Positions 49,778-59,809 of a stretch of DNA of 64,000 bases are shown one piece after another; within the stretch, counting starts at the first letter, position 1, and each line of letters opens with the position of its first letter. The stretch lies in NCBI GenBank assembly GCA_044507735.1, contig JBIQJB010000001.1:1-64000 (forward strand). The letters run 5' to 3'. The DNA comes from Nitrosopumilales archaeon (GTDB lineage Archaea; Thermoproteota; Nitrososphaeria; Nitrososphaerales; Nitrososphaeraceae). The notes under the pieces are model-generated. The model was not told where the DNA came from. It saw only the letters and a program-made list of their open reading frames with translations, and did no database searches. Position numbers and translations under genes: made by a program.

Positions 49778-52333
49778 TCATTTCACCTTGAGGATTTTTA
49801 ACGATTCTATGCCCCTGTCGTCTATGATTTTCACTGCAACGCGTTTGTTTGAACCAAGTTCAAACGGAATGGATACGGTGCCGCGATACTTTTCCAACAG
49901 CTCTTCGTCTATCTGAGCCTTGATGCTTTTGCCGATCCTGCTCCAACCATCAGCGTCACCAGCCATAGGGAAGAATACCTGCTGCGGATACAAGCTTCGT
50001 CCGTCATAATCGGTGTCAAGCATCCACATGGCAATTCTTGATGAGTCTCCAGATTCGATTTCATGCGTTTGTGTGTTGTAATAATCGAATCCCTCTACTT
50101 CGACAACGTATTTGCCGTCCTTTACTTTCTTTATTTCGACATCCGGCTGTCCCATAAGCCAGAACGACTGGCTCTTTGACACCTTCTTCTTCAGGTCTTC
50201 GGTCAGCAGGTCGGTGTTCATCTGAACCCGAAGCACGGTGACTCCTGCCCACTTCATCTCATCAATGTCTTTTGCAGCTTCTGGGTCGAACTGAAAAGCT
50301 GCAAACAAGACGATTTTTGGACGCGGCACTAAATTCTGAGCTTCTTCAAGTGCGCGTGCGACTTGCTTCTGCTCAAGTGGTGCATAGTCCGGACCGAAAG
50401 AAATCACGACTCTTCTCGGTTCTCTCTCCCTAGTTTCAGCATCGGCATGCAACCATTCTGTTCCCACCATCGCCTCAACTCTTGAGAACACTATCTTTTC
50501 ACTGCCGTGTCCTAGAATCCCGGTTGCAAGAATTTCGTTTCGCCATTGATCTTGACGGGTGGTTTCGCCTTTACGCGCGATGGAATCATCAACCGCGAAA
50601 TCTTCTTGGAATTCGTCTAATTGTCTAACAACTGGCGCAGGGACTGCTTCCATAGTGAAGGGACCCGAAACTCGGACTTTGGATTTCACAACGATTGGCT
50701 TATCATAGAGAAACTCGCGGACTATCGGTTCGTTGTTTGCTATGGCACCTAGAGTAATGTGGGGCACGGTTTCATAAACAAAGCCACTTGATACACCTTC
50801 ATCGGGACGCGCAAGTTGATAATAATCATACACGCTCGTCATTAAACGCTGTTTTGCTATTGCAGTCGCCACTCTGGAAGTATCGCAAGTTATCCATCTG
50901 CGTCCCCAACGTTCTGCTACGAATGCGGTAGTTCCAGATCCGCATGTCGGATCAAAAATCAAGTCGCCAGGATCGGTTGCCATCAGCATACAGCGCTCTA
51001 TAACTTTGATTGGGGTCTGGACTGCATAAATTTTCTTTTCATCTTTGAGAAAGCCGCCCATAGCCGTATCGACCCAAACATCGCCAAGAATTCTGACAGG
51101 GTAGTCATCTAAGAACCGGCGATAGAAAATGTTGTCTCCCTTCCGTTGTATTCGTCCCTGTTCTTGGAGTCTTCGCATTCCTTCTATTGATGTTGACCAG
51201 TGCCTGCCAGGTCTAGGACGGTAAACTTCATTATCTAGTTTGAAAGCATACGAACCTTTTTCACTCTCTCCTTGCGAAGTGAGGTCTTTTAGTGCGAACC
51301 TTCGACCCGGGGGTATCGGTTCAGAACCCTCCAATTGATGATGCGTTAAGGCGATTGCTTTGTTGTCAGGGGTTAGAACCCAGTCGTATGTCTGAAGCGT
51401 CTGACGTTCCTGCTTGATTTTTAACTCTCTGTATTTCATATTACTTAGGTTCTTTGCATACCATAGTATGACATTGTAAACTCTGTCAAGGTATTTCGCT
51501 CCCCTCCCTGCTGTTGTTACAAAAACTATTTGACCTGCAAAATTATCCTTGCCGAGAACTTCGTCAAGGATTATCCGTGTCAGGTGGACGTTTTCCATGC
51601 CTATCTGGACGAAAACAGAACCACTATCTGTCAAAAGTTCTCTAGACAGCAAGAGCCTATCTCTGAGATAACTTAGGTAAGAATGGATGCCAAGTTCCCA
51701 AGTATCTCGGAATGCCTTTATCATCTCAGGCTCCTGCGTCAAGTCCTCGTCCTTGCCGTCCCTCACATCCCTTTTATTGACAAAAGGCTGGAAATTTGAA
51801 CCATATTTGATGCCGTAGGGAGGGTCGATGTAAATCATCTGGATCTTGTTAGCCATACCCTCCTTCTGTAGCAAGGAGTTCATGACCAACAGCGAATCAC
51901 CCGCAATCAAACGATTAGACCAGTTTTGATTGTGCTTGTAAAAGTCGATAGCTTCTCGCAGTGGAAGGTTGTTTTCAGGCTGCTCAAAATACCGGAAGAG
52001 CGTCTCCTGCACAAATGCTTGTTTCTTGCGTGCCTTTTCGATAATCGTCAATGGGTCGATTCTTTCGTGGACATGCAGCGAAACGGTATCAACTTCAAAG
52101 CTGCTGTTCTCCTTTTTGCCCGCCCACTGAAGTTGCGGATCTAGATGCGGGTCATATTCATACCGACGCTTTGGCATATCCTTGTCAGTTTCCGGCGTCA
52201 CCAAACCCACTGGAGGATTATTAGTGCGCTGTTCATAGTCGTGGACATATTGATCAACGCTTTCTGACGGGATGATAGGAGCGGTCTTGCGGGCCTTTTT
52301 CGCTCTCGTAACCTTCCTGCGGGCTTTTGCCAT
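49778..52333 (-). CDS. mod: Type III R-M methyltransferase (beta-class amino-MTase)
   Basis: IYIDPPY precedes FDPTCGSGTT; ends AVKIIDDRGIE; directly upstream of res. Confidence 0.93.
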   Translation of the reverse strand: MAKARRKVTRAKKARKTAPIIPSESVDQYVHDYEQRTNNPPVGLVTPETDKDMPKRRYEYDPHLDPQLQWAGKKENSSFEVDTVSLHVHERIDPLTIIEKARKKQAFVQETLFRYFEQPENNLPLREAIDFYKHNQNWSNRLIAGDSLLVMNSLLQKEGMANKIQMIYIDPPYGIKYGSNFQPFVNKRDVRDGKDEDLTQEPEMIKAFRDTWELGIHSYLSYLRDRLLLSRELLTDSGSVFVQIGMENVHLTRIILDEVLGKDNFAGQIVFVTTAGRGAKYLDRVYNVILWYAKNLSNMKYRELKIKQERQTLQTYDWVLTPDNKAIALTHHQLEGSEPIPPGRRFALKDLTSQGESEKGSYAFKLDNEVYRPRPGRHWSTSIEGMRRLQEQGRIQRKGDNIFYRRFLDDYPVRILGDVWVDTAMGGFLKDEKKIYAVQTPIKVIERCMLMATDPGDLIFDPTCGSGTTAFVAERWGRRWITCDTSRVATAIAKQRLMTSVYDYYQLARPDEGVSSGFVYETVPHITLGAIANNEPIVREFLYDKPIVVKSKVRVSGPFTMEAVPAPVVRQLDEFQEDFAVDDSIARKGETTRQDQWRNEILATGILGHGSEKIVFSRVEAMVGTEWLHADAETREREPRRVVISFGPDYAPLEQKQVARALEEAQNLVPRPKIVLFAAFQFDPEAAKDIDEMKWAGVTVLRVQMNTDLLTEDLKKKVSKSQSFWLMGQPDVEIKKVKDGKYVVEVEGFDYYNTQTHEIESGDSSRIAMWMLDTDYDGRSLYPQQVFFPMAGDADGWSRIGKSIKAQIDEELLEKYRGTVSIPFELGSNKRVAVKIIDDRGIESLKILKVK

Positions 52334-52424
52334 CTTCTATGGCACAATACTGCAATTGATTTAAGGATTCTGCTTCTATATGATTTCTCGCCCTTGACTG
52401 CGGCTAACTGACTTATGCGCCGAT

Positions 52425-53210
52425 TCACAGCCTGCCCTGTTTCATCTCTTCCCAAAGAACTTCAGTTAGTCCCTGGATCCTTCTAAAGTCATTCGCAGTG
52501 GCGGGACCAAAACCGGCGTAGTGATTATTTGCAGCCACTATCCCAAACTTTACCTCATCATTGACACCCTTCAGTTTCTTCGACCACGTTTCCATCTCTG
52601 CTTTCCTATCCTTCTGTATTCTACCAAAGTCCTTCTCATCTATGCTTCTGTCGCCAATGAACCGCAGGTAAAAGAAATCCGTAGTAAGTTCAGCGGGAGT
52701 CTGGATCGTGTCAAGCTGGCTCCATGTCAGGCATATGTTGTTATCCGATAGCAGCTTGTAAACGTCCTCGGAGAACCATGACTTGTGCCGGACTTCAATC
52801 GCGTAGGAATATTTCTTCCAAAGGTGCGGGATGAGGCGCTCTAGTTTTGGCAGACCCTCATCCTTCTTCAATGAAGGGGGCAGCTGTATGAGCAGGCATA
52901 GCAGCTTGCGCTCCAAGGGCTTCATTGCTTCCATGAATTGCTCAAGCGCAGGCAGGCCGCCGCCAAGCCGCGTATCATGCGTCACTACCTGCGGGAACTT
53001 TGCGGTAAACCGGAAGTGCTCCGGAGTCATTGCGTCCCAGCGCTTGACCATCTTGAAGTTAGGTGTGCGATAAAATGTTGAATCTATCTCAACATAATCA
53101 AAGACTTGGCCGTAGTATTGTAGCCAGCGTGCAGATGGCAGCCTTGCTGGATAAAAGTGACCTAGCCATGCATCGTATGACCAACCTGAGCAGCCTATGT
53201 ATACTTGCAT
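52425..53210 (-). CDS. DUF72 family protein
   Basis: YIGCSGWSY, VEIDSTFY, QLPPS, EVRH, YLRFIG, NNHYAG. Confidence 0.92.
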   Translation of the reverse strand: MQVYIGCSGWSYDAWLGHFYPARLPSARWLQYYGQVFDYVEIDSTFYRTPNFKMVKRWDAMTPEHFRFTAKFPQVVTHDTRLGGGLPALEQFMEAMKPLERKLLCLLIQLPPSLKKDEGLPKLERLIPHLWKKYSYAIEVRHKSWFSEDVYKLLSDNNICLTWSQLDTIQTPAELTTDFFYLRFIGDRSIDEKDFGRIQKDRKAEMETWSKKLKGVNDEVKFGIVAANNHYAGFGPATANDFRRIQGLTEVLWEEMKQGRL

Positions 53211-53282
53211 AAGGACACCCGCTCATCCTTAGTGACCGCCTGTTATAATCATCTTGATTGGGGGTTAGCGTTCGGGTTGAAT

Positions 53283-54143
53283 TTACCAGCCAGGCGGCTG
53301 AACGGGACAGGAACCAATTTCCTCTCTGTCTATGTATGACCAAAGTATTTCTCCTGTCCTTGCATCCACCGCATAGATGAAGTGGTTGCGATTCCCGACT
53401 GAGGTATCTTGCCAACAACCATCCACGATGTAGGCTAGATGACCCTCTATAGCGTCAGCAAGTTCATTGCCCAACCCACATGAGATAATAGTATCACCAG
53501 GGGTACGTATGCAAGTCTTGCCTGTGTTGGGGAAATACTGGGTGCCATCCTCATGGATGAACGTAAGCGTCAATGGATGACCATAATATCTTGGATATAG
53601 CACAAACTTGTCAACATGCATGGGGGCAACTTTCTTTTCCATATCCTCCCTAGTGATGTCGGCAGCATCGTCTTCAGTTAGGCTAGGTCGGCTTTCTATC
53701 CCGGTTGGCAGCAATATCGGCTGCTGCGACCAGACAACTACGGTTCCATGCTTGTGAGGATGCGGCTCGCTATGGTAGCCGAATGCTCCCGGCTTGGTAA
53801 ATGTGAACTGAAAGGTATCACCAGGGGCAAGCAAAAGCCTATCGTCGCTACCTTCATCAAGATTAGTTGCTCTCCAAAACTCTGGATCAGACCTGTCATC
53901 AGCCCGTATTGAACTAAATGTTGTATCTTCATTAACCCACTTTACGGTGTTGTTTACCCCAAGGATCACATGAATGACTGCTGGTTCAAAGTTGTTATGC
54001 TCAGATATTGCTGAGGAGGAGCCCTCTGGAATTGTCACCGTGACCACTCTCGGTCGGTCTGGAACAGCACTTGCTGCGTATAAAAGTGAAAACAAGATGC
54101 CAAATACGACAATGACAATCAGAAGCGTCGAACGATAGCTCAC
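53283..54143 (-). CDS. Secreted cupredoxin-like + PepSY-like protein
   Basis: NFEP..NNTVKWVN..FTFTKPG.FGYH..PHP..HG; C-terminal VDARTGEILW. Confidence 0.8.
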   Translation of the reverse strand: MSYRSTLLIVIVVFGILFSLLYAASAVPDRPRVVTVTIPEGSSSAISEHNNFEPAVIHVILGVNNTVKWVNEDTTFSSIRADDRSDPEFWRATNLDEGSDDRLLLAPGDTFQFTFTKPGAFGYHSEPHPHKHGTVVVWSQQPILLPTGIESRPSLTEDDAADITREDMEKKVAPMHVDKFVLYPRYYGHPLTLTFIHEDGTQYFPNTGKTCIRTPGDTIISCGLGNELADAIEGHLAYIVDGCWQDTSVGNRNHFIYAVDARTGEILWSYIDREEIGSCPVQPPGW

Positions 54144-54226
54144 TACAACCTGTCTATATCAGCGGAAACATTTGAGCATTTGTCCAAACGTCTTATCGTG
54201 CTCAATAGAACCTTTGGCTATAGTCT

Positions 54227-54820
54227 CTAATCTGTAACGGTTACTGTGATTAGTTGTCCAGAACCCATTCCAGTTCCTCCCGGTTCGCCGGCCCAGCTGG
54301 CTTCGACGGTGTATTCATAAGTGCCGTTAGTGGCTGTAGGTGATGCAGTTATGGTTAGAAAGCCGGCATCTGTTATAACCCATCCATATTCATTTAACCT
54401 GGCTTTCCCCTGTGCAATATTGTCCTCTGATAATACCACAGTTTCCCTATCAAGTGACAATACAAGCTCGCCAGCAATTTCGCTGCTATCAAATGTATAG
54501 GGCATTAGAGAGAGGCTCAAGACTTTCTCTACACTTCCTCTGGTCTCTATTGTAACAGGCACCCTGATTGTTTCTCCTTTCTTTACAACCATATCTCTTT
54601 CTGGCAGGGCAACACCAAAGTCTATCTCGATTGTCTGCCCTTCCTCTCCCAGCACGATGGTGCTGTGGACTATTATTTCAGATGTTTCCTGGCTTTCACC
54701 GTTGTTGGTAGTGGTAGCAGATGCATATGCAGAGGTTGATGGTAGGATAGTGACCTGTAAAAGCAGAAATGAAATTGACAGCAAAACGATAGATGTTGCC
54801 ATTCTGAAATCACTCGTCAT
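54227..54820 (-). CDS. Secreted Ig-like hypothetical protein
   Basis: Signal peptide; LTITASPTATNGTYEYTV. Confidence 0.75.
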   Translation of the reverse strand: MTSDFRMATSIVLLSISFLLLQVTILPSTSAYASATTTNNGESQETSEIIVHSTIVLGEEGQTIEIDFGVALPERDMVVKKGETIRVPVTIETRGSVEKVLSLSLMPYTFDSSEIAGELVLSLDRETVVLSEDNIAQGKARLNEYGWVITDAGFLTITASPTATNGTYEYTVEASWAGEPGGTGMGSGQLITVTVTD

Positions 54821-54849
54821 AATCTTATGTATATAATGTCTGCAAAGTT

Positions 54850-54865
54850 GCTTTTGAGCCTTTGG
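54850..54865 (-). promoter_or_regulatory. CCAAAGGCTCAAAAGC junction/promoter motif
   Basis: Abuts the upstream TGA and lies about 30 nt before the next ATG; variants at 54168, 56910 (+), 59679, 62804, 63648. Confidence 0.6.
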
Positions 54866-56392
54866 TCACTTCCGCTTCCGTAGTGTAAAGTAGGCAGCAA
54901 TTCCAGCCATCGCAGCTCCTATCCCAACTAGCGCGGGAAGAAAGTCAGTATTTTCATCTGTTGCAGCGCCATTATGTTCCTCGCTACTCGGAGGTGAGGG
55001 GTCGGGATACTGCACGTAAGTTATGGAAGCACTATCATCTATCCAAGCCAGATGAAGGCCAGAAAGAGATGCCGCTGCTTTGTAATTGCCTGAAGCGCCG
55101 AGGAGTTCAGTCAAATCATATGCCGCATCAAAATCCTCGCCGCCATTGCTGCTGACCAACAACGACATGTGATCACCTTCACCTTCGACTAGCTTAGGGA
55201 ACAGGATGAAAACATGATCACTTTCTGATAAAATCGAAGGTGTAAAGAACGAGTACGGACTTGCCCGGAGAGTGTTGTTTGTAAGGGTCATCGGTCCTGC
55301 AAATGATTTACCGGAGTCTGTGCTTCTTATTAACTGAACGTCCCATATCGGCCAATACATGTATGTTATGTAGACATTGTCAGTATTGCCAGCAGGCAGC
55401 GAGATTTCCGGATAACCGAAATCCTTCGTCAAGACTAATGTATCATCGAACGTCCTTCCTGAATCCTGACTTCTTTTGAATGAAATGCCACTATCATCAT
55501 ACCACGTAAGGCAAACCACATTTCCCCTTGAGACAACCTGCGGCTGTGGAGTAGTCCCCTTCTGGGAGAATATCCTACCGCTATCAAAACTTTTTCCGGC
55601 ATCGTTGCTCTTTGTGAAATGAACGCTTCCTTGTTCATTATTGCCAGTTTTGGATTCGTCGTACTGCTGCCATGCTACGTATACATTATCTCCGGATGCA
55701 GACATTTTTACATAGTTCGTATAGACCTGCGGATCGGTAGTAGGTATTTTTGACACATCTTGCGGAGTGCTGAATGTATTTCCACTGTTGGTTGAGCCAA
55801 CGTAGTAGATTTGACCCCAAGAATAGTCAGACATTATCCAAATGACATGAACCTTGTCACCTGTAGTAGCCGCCAGCCCGAGGTTTGAAAAGTAGACTGC
55901 CGGCGAGTCTATCCGGTTGGTGCTCAGATTAACTGGCTTTGAGAAGGAGGCTCCTGCATCCGTACTTTTAGCAAAGAAAACGCCCCGATTGGCAGGATTG
56001 TCGTATGCTCCATCAATCCAGGCGACATACACATTCTTTCCAGAAACAGCCATTTGGTATTCAAGAGGAATTTCGATGCCGCTTGCAACCTCTAGTTGCG
56101 GGTCAAATGTGCGTCCGTTATCCAAGCTCTTTCTGAGCAGTAATTTTCCTTCGTTTGGCCAAAGAACGTAGATATTATTATCTTCCGCTGCGATCTCTAT
56201 GTCGCCACCAGCTCGTTCTGCCAAGATAGTCTCGTTTACAAACTTCTGCGTTGAGGCATCATCATTTTCTTGTGCGCCTGCTGCGATGATTCGTAGACCG
56301 GTGGTTTGCGAGCCAAAAATGAGCATCGCTATGAGGGTAAAAGAAGCTGCCAGCATTACCGATCGTTGCTTCAATCTTGGTGTTTCTGTCAA
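54866..56392 (-). CDS. BNR/Asp-box (sialidase-like) beta-propeller surface protein
   Basis: About seven S-x-D/N-x-G-x-T/S-F repeats; signal peptide; C-terminal TM + RKRK. Confidence 0.88.
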   Translation of the reverse strand: MTETPRLKQRSVMLAASFTLIAMLIFGSQTTGLRIIAAGAQENDDASTQKFVNETILAERAGGDIEIAAEDNNIYVLWPNEGKLLLRKSLDNGRTFDPQLEVASGIEIPLEYQMAVSGKNVYVAWIDGAYDNPANRGVFFAKSTDAGASFSKPVNLSTNRIDSPAVYFSNLGLAATTGDKVHVIWIMSDYSWGQIYYVGSTNSGNTFSTPQDVSKIPTTDPQVYTNYVKMSASGDNVYVAWQQYDESKTGNNEQGSVHFTKSNDAGKSFDSGRIFSQKGTTPQPQVVSRGNVVCLTWYDDSGISFKRSQDSGRTFDDTLVLTKDFGYPEISLPAGNTDNVYITYMYWPIWDVQLIRSTDSGKSFAGPMTLTNNTLRASPYSFFTPSILSESDHVFILFPKLVEGEGDHMSLLVSSNGGEDFDAAYDLTELLGASGNYKAAASLSGLHLAWIDDSASITYVQYPDPSPPSSEEHNGAATDENTDFLPALVGIGAAMAGIAAYFTLRKRK

Positions 56393-56479
56393 ATGGTCGA
56401 TAGATATACTCTTTCCTAGGTTACAGTATCATCTGCTGTTCAGATTAAATACCACGCCAAGGATCTCATTGCTCTCAGC

Positions 56480-56857
56480 ATGGCACAGGAACCTCAGCCG
56501 TTGCTTCCGATTATCCTTTCGTCCATCTCAAGATTCTTCAAGCCAAGGCTGCTTACGATCATGATCTTCAGCGCGCTCATCATTATTGCCGGAATCGGCT
56601 ATTATCAAAGTTCAATCCAGTATGAAATGGGTGATAACAACTATTATCCAACGTTTCTGTACCTGTGGTATGGGTTAGCATGGCCATTGATTATCTTACA
56701 ACTGGTTGTGTTTGGAGAACATGCTTCGATTCCCTATTGGGCTAGTTACTTGTACATGGGATTTACTACTGTAGCTTACTCGTATGTTGTATCTTGTGTC
56801 TTATCCTATGCCGCAAGAAGGGGAAGGGGCGGTTTGAAGACCTACTACAACATTTGA
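56480..56857 (+). CDS. Small 3-TM membrane protein
   Basis: Three hydrophobic segments; ATTAAATA TATA about 30 nt upstream. Confidence 0.65.
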   Translation: MAQEPQPLLPIILSSISRFFKPRLLTIMIFSALIIIAGIGYYQSSIQYEMGDNNYYPTFLYLWYGLAWPLIILQLVVFGEHASIPYWASYLYMGFTTVAYSYVVSCVLSYAARRGRGGLKTYYNI

Positions 56858-56940
56858 GATAGATAAAAGACTATCTTTTGGACAGGCAAGGACTATTTTC
56901 ACAAAACTGAAAAAGCCTCAAAAACATGGCTCCAAGAGTA

Positions 56941-57015
56941 CTGTTCAAAATTCGGTTGAAGATCACAATATTTTTCTCCTGAATTTCTTCTTTGTTTCAA
57001 CCGAATTTGGCATAG
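56941..57015. mobile_element. 75-bp MITE-like element with TA flanks (IS630/Tc1-like)
   Basis: 20-bp terminal inverted repeats (17/20 match); TA on both sides; empty site would be AGTACT. Confidence 0.6.
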
Positions 57016-57040
57016 TACTAATTGGTGGTAATTGTTGTGA

Positions 57041-57445
57041 TCATGCATCTATTACTTTGAGATCGTGCGAGCCTACTACGCTTAAGACTTCGGGCTGCGT
57101 AAGGTTCGAGAGAAGAAATGTCCTGACGTCGTAATCGCCTGCTTCCTCAGGCATCCACGACACACCTACTACGACATCGTCTTTTGGATATATTATGCCA
57201 GTTTGCCATGCTATGTAGACTGAAACGCCATCGCTATTCCTGATCTCAAATAGTGCCAGAAATTGCCTAGAACTCTCGATGTTGGCTGTAAAGGACCGCG
57301 AAATGGTCACCTGTTTGCCAACGGTTGGCACATCAAGCAAATTGCCCTCGCCGTCTGTGATTGTGGGTGGAGGTATGGTAATGATTGTACTGCTCACAAA
57401 TTGTGTAGAGTTCAACGAGAGAAGCAGTGTTATTATGATTGCCAC
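57041..57445 (-). CDS. Secreted Ig-like protein, paralog of 61940-62707
   Basis: WMPEEAGDYDVRTFLLSNL..PEVLS versus WFPQAAGEYRIRTFLVSGL..PQILT. Confidence 0.7.
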   Translation of the reverse strand: MAIIITLLLSLNSTQFVSSTIITIPPPTITDGEGNLLDVPTVGKQVTISRSFTANIESSRQFLALFEIRNSDGVSVYIAWQTGIIYPKDDVVVGVSWMPEEAGDYDVRTFLLSNLTQPEVLSVVGSHDLKVIDA

Positions 57446-57601
57446 GTTAATACAGACGGCATGACTTCTCTTTGACGTATCTGTTCAAGTGATATTGCGA
57501 ATGCTGGTTTTTCAACTTTGTCTTGGTAGCCAGCTCCAACAAGTCTTTCCATCCTTTAGCTTATGCGCTGCTCCAAGGTGCATGAGGTTTTGCCAGCTCC
57601 C

Positions 57602-57757
57602 TCATTCAAAGATATTTCTGTGACCGTTACTGCATATCCATTCTCCTTTCTTGCCATTAGACCAAAAGTCAAGCTTTACAGTATCTGGTTTTACGTCATG
57701 ACTACCGCATATCTTACATGGCGGCAAAGATCGGGCATGGTCGATAAAAGACACCAT
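57602..57757 (-). CDS. 51-aa zinc-ribbon microprotein (not in ORF track)
   Basis: MVSFIDHARSLPPCKICGSHDVKPDTVKLDFWSNGKKGEWICSNGHRNIFE. Confidence 0.55.
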   Translation of the reverse strand: MVSFIDHARSLPPCKICGSHDVKPDTVKLDFWSNGKKGEWICSNGHRNIFE

Positions 57758-57783
57758 GAGTTTGAGTTACATAAAGTTCGATT

Positions 57784-58260
57784 TTAAGTATTTGCAAGCT
57801 CGCTCTCTGGATATTGGCTCAATATATCTCCAGTCTCTGCGTCTATCAAGCTAATCGTGTTTTTATTTCCATATATGTCCGGCCCAAAAATATCTATGTC
57901 CCACAGGTAGCGATTTTCATAGCCATCAAACCTGCCACCTGCAGCTGGAGTATCCTGCAGCGTCTTTTCATCAACCTTTAGGCCAAATCCATTTGGCTGG
58001 ACATGAACTAAATCAGCCCCTATCTGCATTTCTCCTGTTGACTTTTGTACATCCCATTTATCCCATTCTCCTGCATTGAGGGCTATCTGTACTGCCTCCT
58101 CCTTTGATATTAGATCCGGCACAGGTGGCTCTGTAGCTTGTTGATACGCATAGAGTGTCGCAGCTAATGCACCAAGTGAAAATAATGATATTGTGAGTAT
58201 TCTGACAATGTCTTTCCTTCCACTTCCAAAAAATCTCGAGCCATTGGCAGTTGAGGTCAA
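57784..58260 (-). CDS. Membrane-anchored PepSY-like protein
   Basis: TM; ISKEEAVQIAL ... IDAETGDIL. Confidence 0.75.
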   Translation of the reverse strand: MTSTANGSRFFGSGRKDIVRILTISLFSLGALAATLYAYQQATEPPVPDLISKEEAVQIALNAGEWDKWDVQKSTGEMQIGADLVHVQPNGFGLKVDEKTLQDTPAAGGRFDGYENRYLWDIDIFGPDIYGNKNTISLIDAETGDILSQYPESELANT

Positions 58261-58446
58261 CTAGTACCGATTACCAGTAAAGTTGCATTTATCGCTTTAT
58301 TTATCCAAACTAGCCCACACCAGCTCTTGCTACGTGAGTGGCTCTTTGGTCATAAAGAAGAAAAAGCCAGAATTTTAACCTGCCCTCCTACCAGTACAGT
58401 TCTAGGTCTTCTTTTGACCAATTTCCATTATCTCTTATGGGCCGAG

Positions 58447-58462
58447 TCGGGTCTAGACCCGA
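58447..58462. repeat. Perfect 16-bp palindrome
   Basis: TCGGGTCTAGACCCGA between divergent genes. Confidence 0.85.
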
Positions 58463-58528
58463 GCTTCAACTCTCCGTCAAACTAATTGCGATGCAGTCGC
58501 TTCAGTTGTAAAGCTACACAAAGAATTA

Positions 58529-59071
58529 ATGTCATGGTGGAAGAAAAATCGCAAAATGGGTCGTAAGCTGTCGGTTGTGGTTGCCGGTGCAGCGGCAGCA
58601 TTGATTATTGTCGTCGGACTGTTTTATTACCAGACAGGTTCTTTTGCGGTACAAAATCCTGCTCAAGAAACATTTAGAACGATGCAAAATGTCTATCTGG
58701 AGCCTAGACAGACTGAGGCTTCTAACCATCCAATAATGGAAGGTCAGGTAGTGGAGATAAGAATTGAGCCCAATTCAGATGAGGCAGCTAGTCCGGATTA
58801 TGAACTGCTTGTTACAATGGTTGACCCATCCGGCGAGACTATCATCAATAAATTCATCAAAGAACCGTTTTATGCCAAGCTAAGACCTGCTCATCCAGGC
58901 TGGCATGCGATAATTGTGACAAATGTCGGCGAGACTGGTATCGCACCTGGAACAAGCATTGTGAATCGTCCATACGATGAAGCCGCAGACAAGGATGTGA
59001 AGATGGCATTTTCATGCATCGTTCCGCCATCTATGAGAAATGAAAACAACACACCGTATCCTTGGTGCTGA
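58529..59071 (+). CDS. Membrane-anchored beta-sandwich hypothetical protein
   Basis: Basic N-terminus + TM; VDPSGE..PGWHAIIVTN. Confidence 0.7.
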   Translation: MSWWKKNRKMGRKLSVVVAGAAAALIIVVGLFYYQTGSFAVQNPAQETFRTMQNVYLEPRQTEASNHPIMEGQVVEIRIEPNSDEAASPDYELLVTMVDPSGETIINKFIKEPFYAKLRPAHPGWHAIIVTNVGETGIAPGTSIVNRPYDEAADKDVKMAFSCIVPPSMRNENNTPYPWC

Positions 59072-59142
59072 TATGCGAGCCCTCTTGCATGATCAGCTGG
59101 TTTATCCTCCACAACAAGAAATCAGCCGGCTTGTAGAAGTAC

Positions 59143-59652
59143 CTAGTTTCTATATGTAGTGGTGGCTTTTGTAGTCAGCTCTGCATACTCTTCCGGCTCT
59201 ACAACAACTACAGTGCCGTGCATCCATGGATGAATACTGCAATGGTAGCCGTAGGTGCCTTTCTTTGTGAAAGTATATTCAAATACTTCGCCTTGATGCA
59301 GAGAGGCGCCGGCAGTCGGGCTGTATGTGCCGCCGTGAAGGTGGGTGGCGTTGAAGAACCCTGAGTCGCTGTTGTCGTCTGCTAAGACGGTGCTTTCTGA
59401 ATAATCGTCATTAATCCACATGACTTTATTGTTTGAACCGATAACGACAGTGATTTTTGAAGGTTCAAAGTTCTTGGGAGAGTCTGGCTGCGATGCGCCT
59501 TGTGAAAGTCTAACAACCGAATAAACATCTTCGACTTCACCTGTGGGTCCATGTGAGTTGCCACCTACCAGTTCTCTAGGAGCGATGTAAAACATGCCAA
59601 TTATGACACCTACAGCTACAGTTATTCCAACGACATAACCTGTGATGCCCAA
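59143..59652 (-). CDS. Membrane-anchored cupredoxin (plastocyanin-like) protein
   Basis: NFEP..WINDD..YTFTKKGTYGYHCSIHPWMHG. Confidence 0.85.
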   Translation of the reverse strand: MGITGYVVGITVAVGVIIGMFYIAPRELVGGNSHGPTGEVEDVYSVVRLSQGASQPDSPKNFEPSKITVVIGSNNKVMWINDDYSESTVLADDNSDSGFFNATHLHGGTYSPTAGASLHQGEVFEYTFTKKGTYGYHCSIHPWMHGTVVVVEPEEYAELTTKATTTYRN

Positions 59653-59809
59653 CGATTGGAAATGTAAGATGATAAGCTGCTTTTGAGCTTTTGGCTACAG
59701 TCTCTCCGTAACTGTGGTACTGTTAACTAGCGTCAGTCGCATCATCATGATATTATCTGTGGAGCGAACGTGAGAGACTGGAAGAATATTCTGATAAAAC
59801 CATATATCT

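Noticed and set aside
57445-57490. Possible 5' frameshift in the 57041 gene (upstream TTG in another frame)
   Set aside because: Cannot be separated from use of the in-frame GTG without homologues
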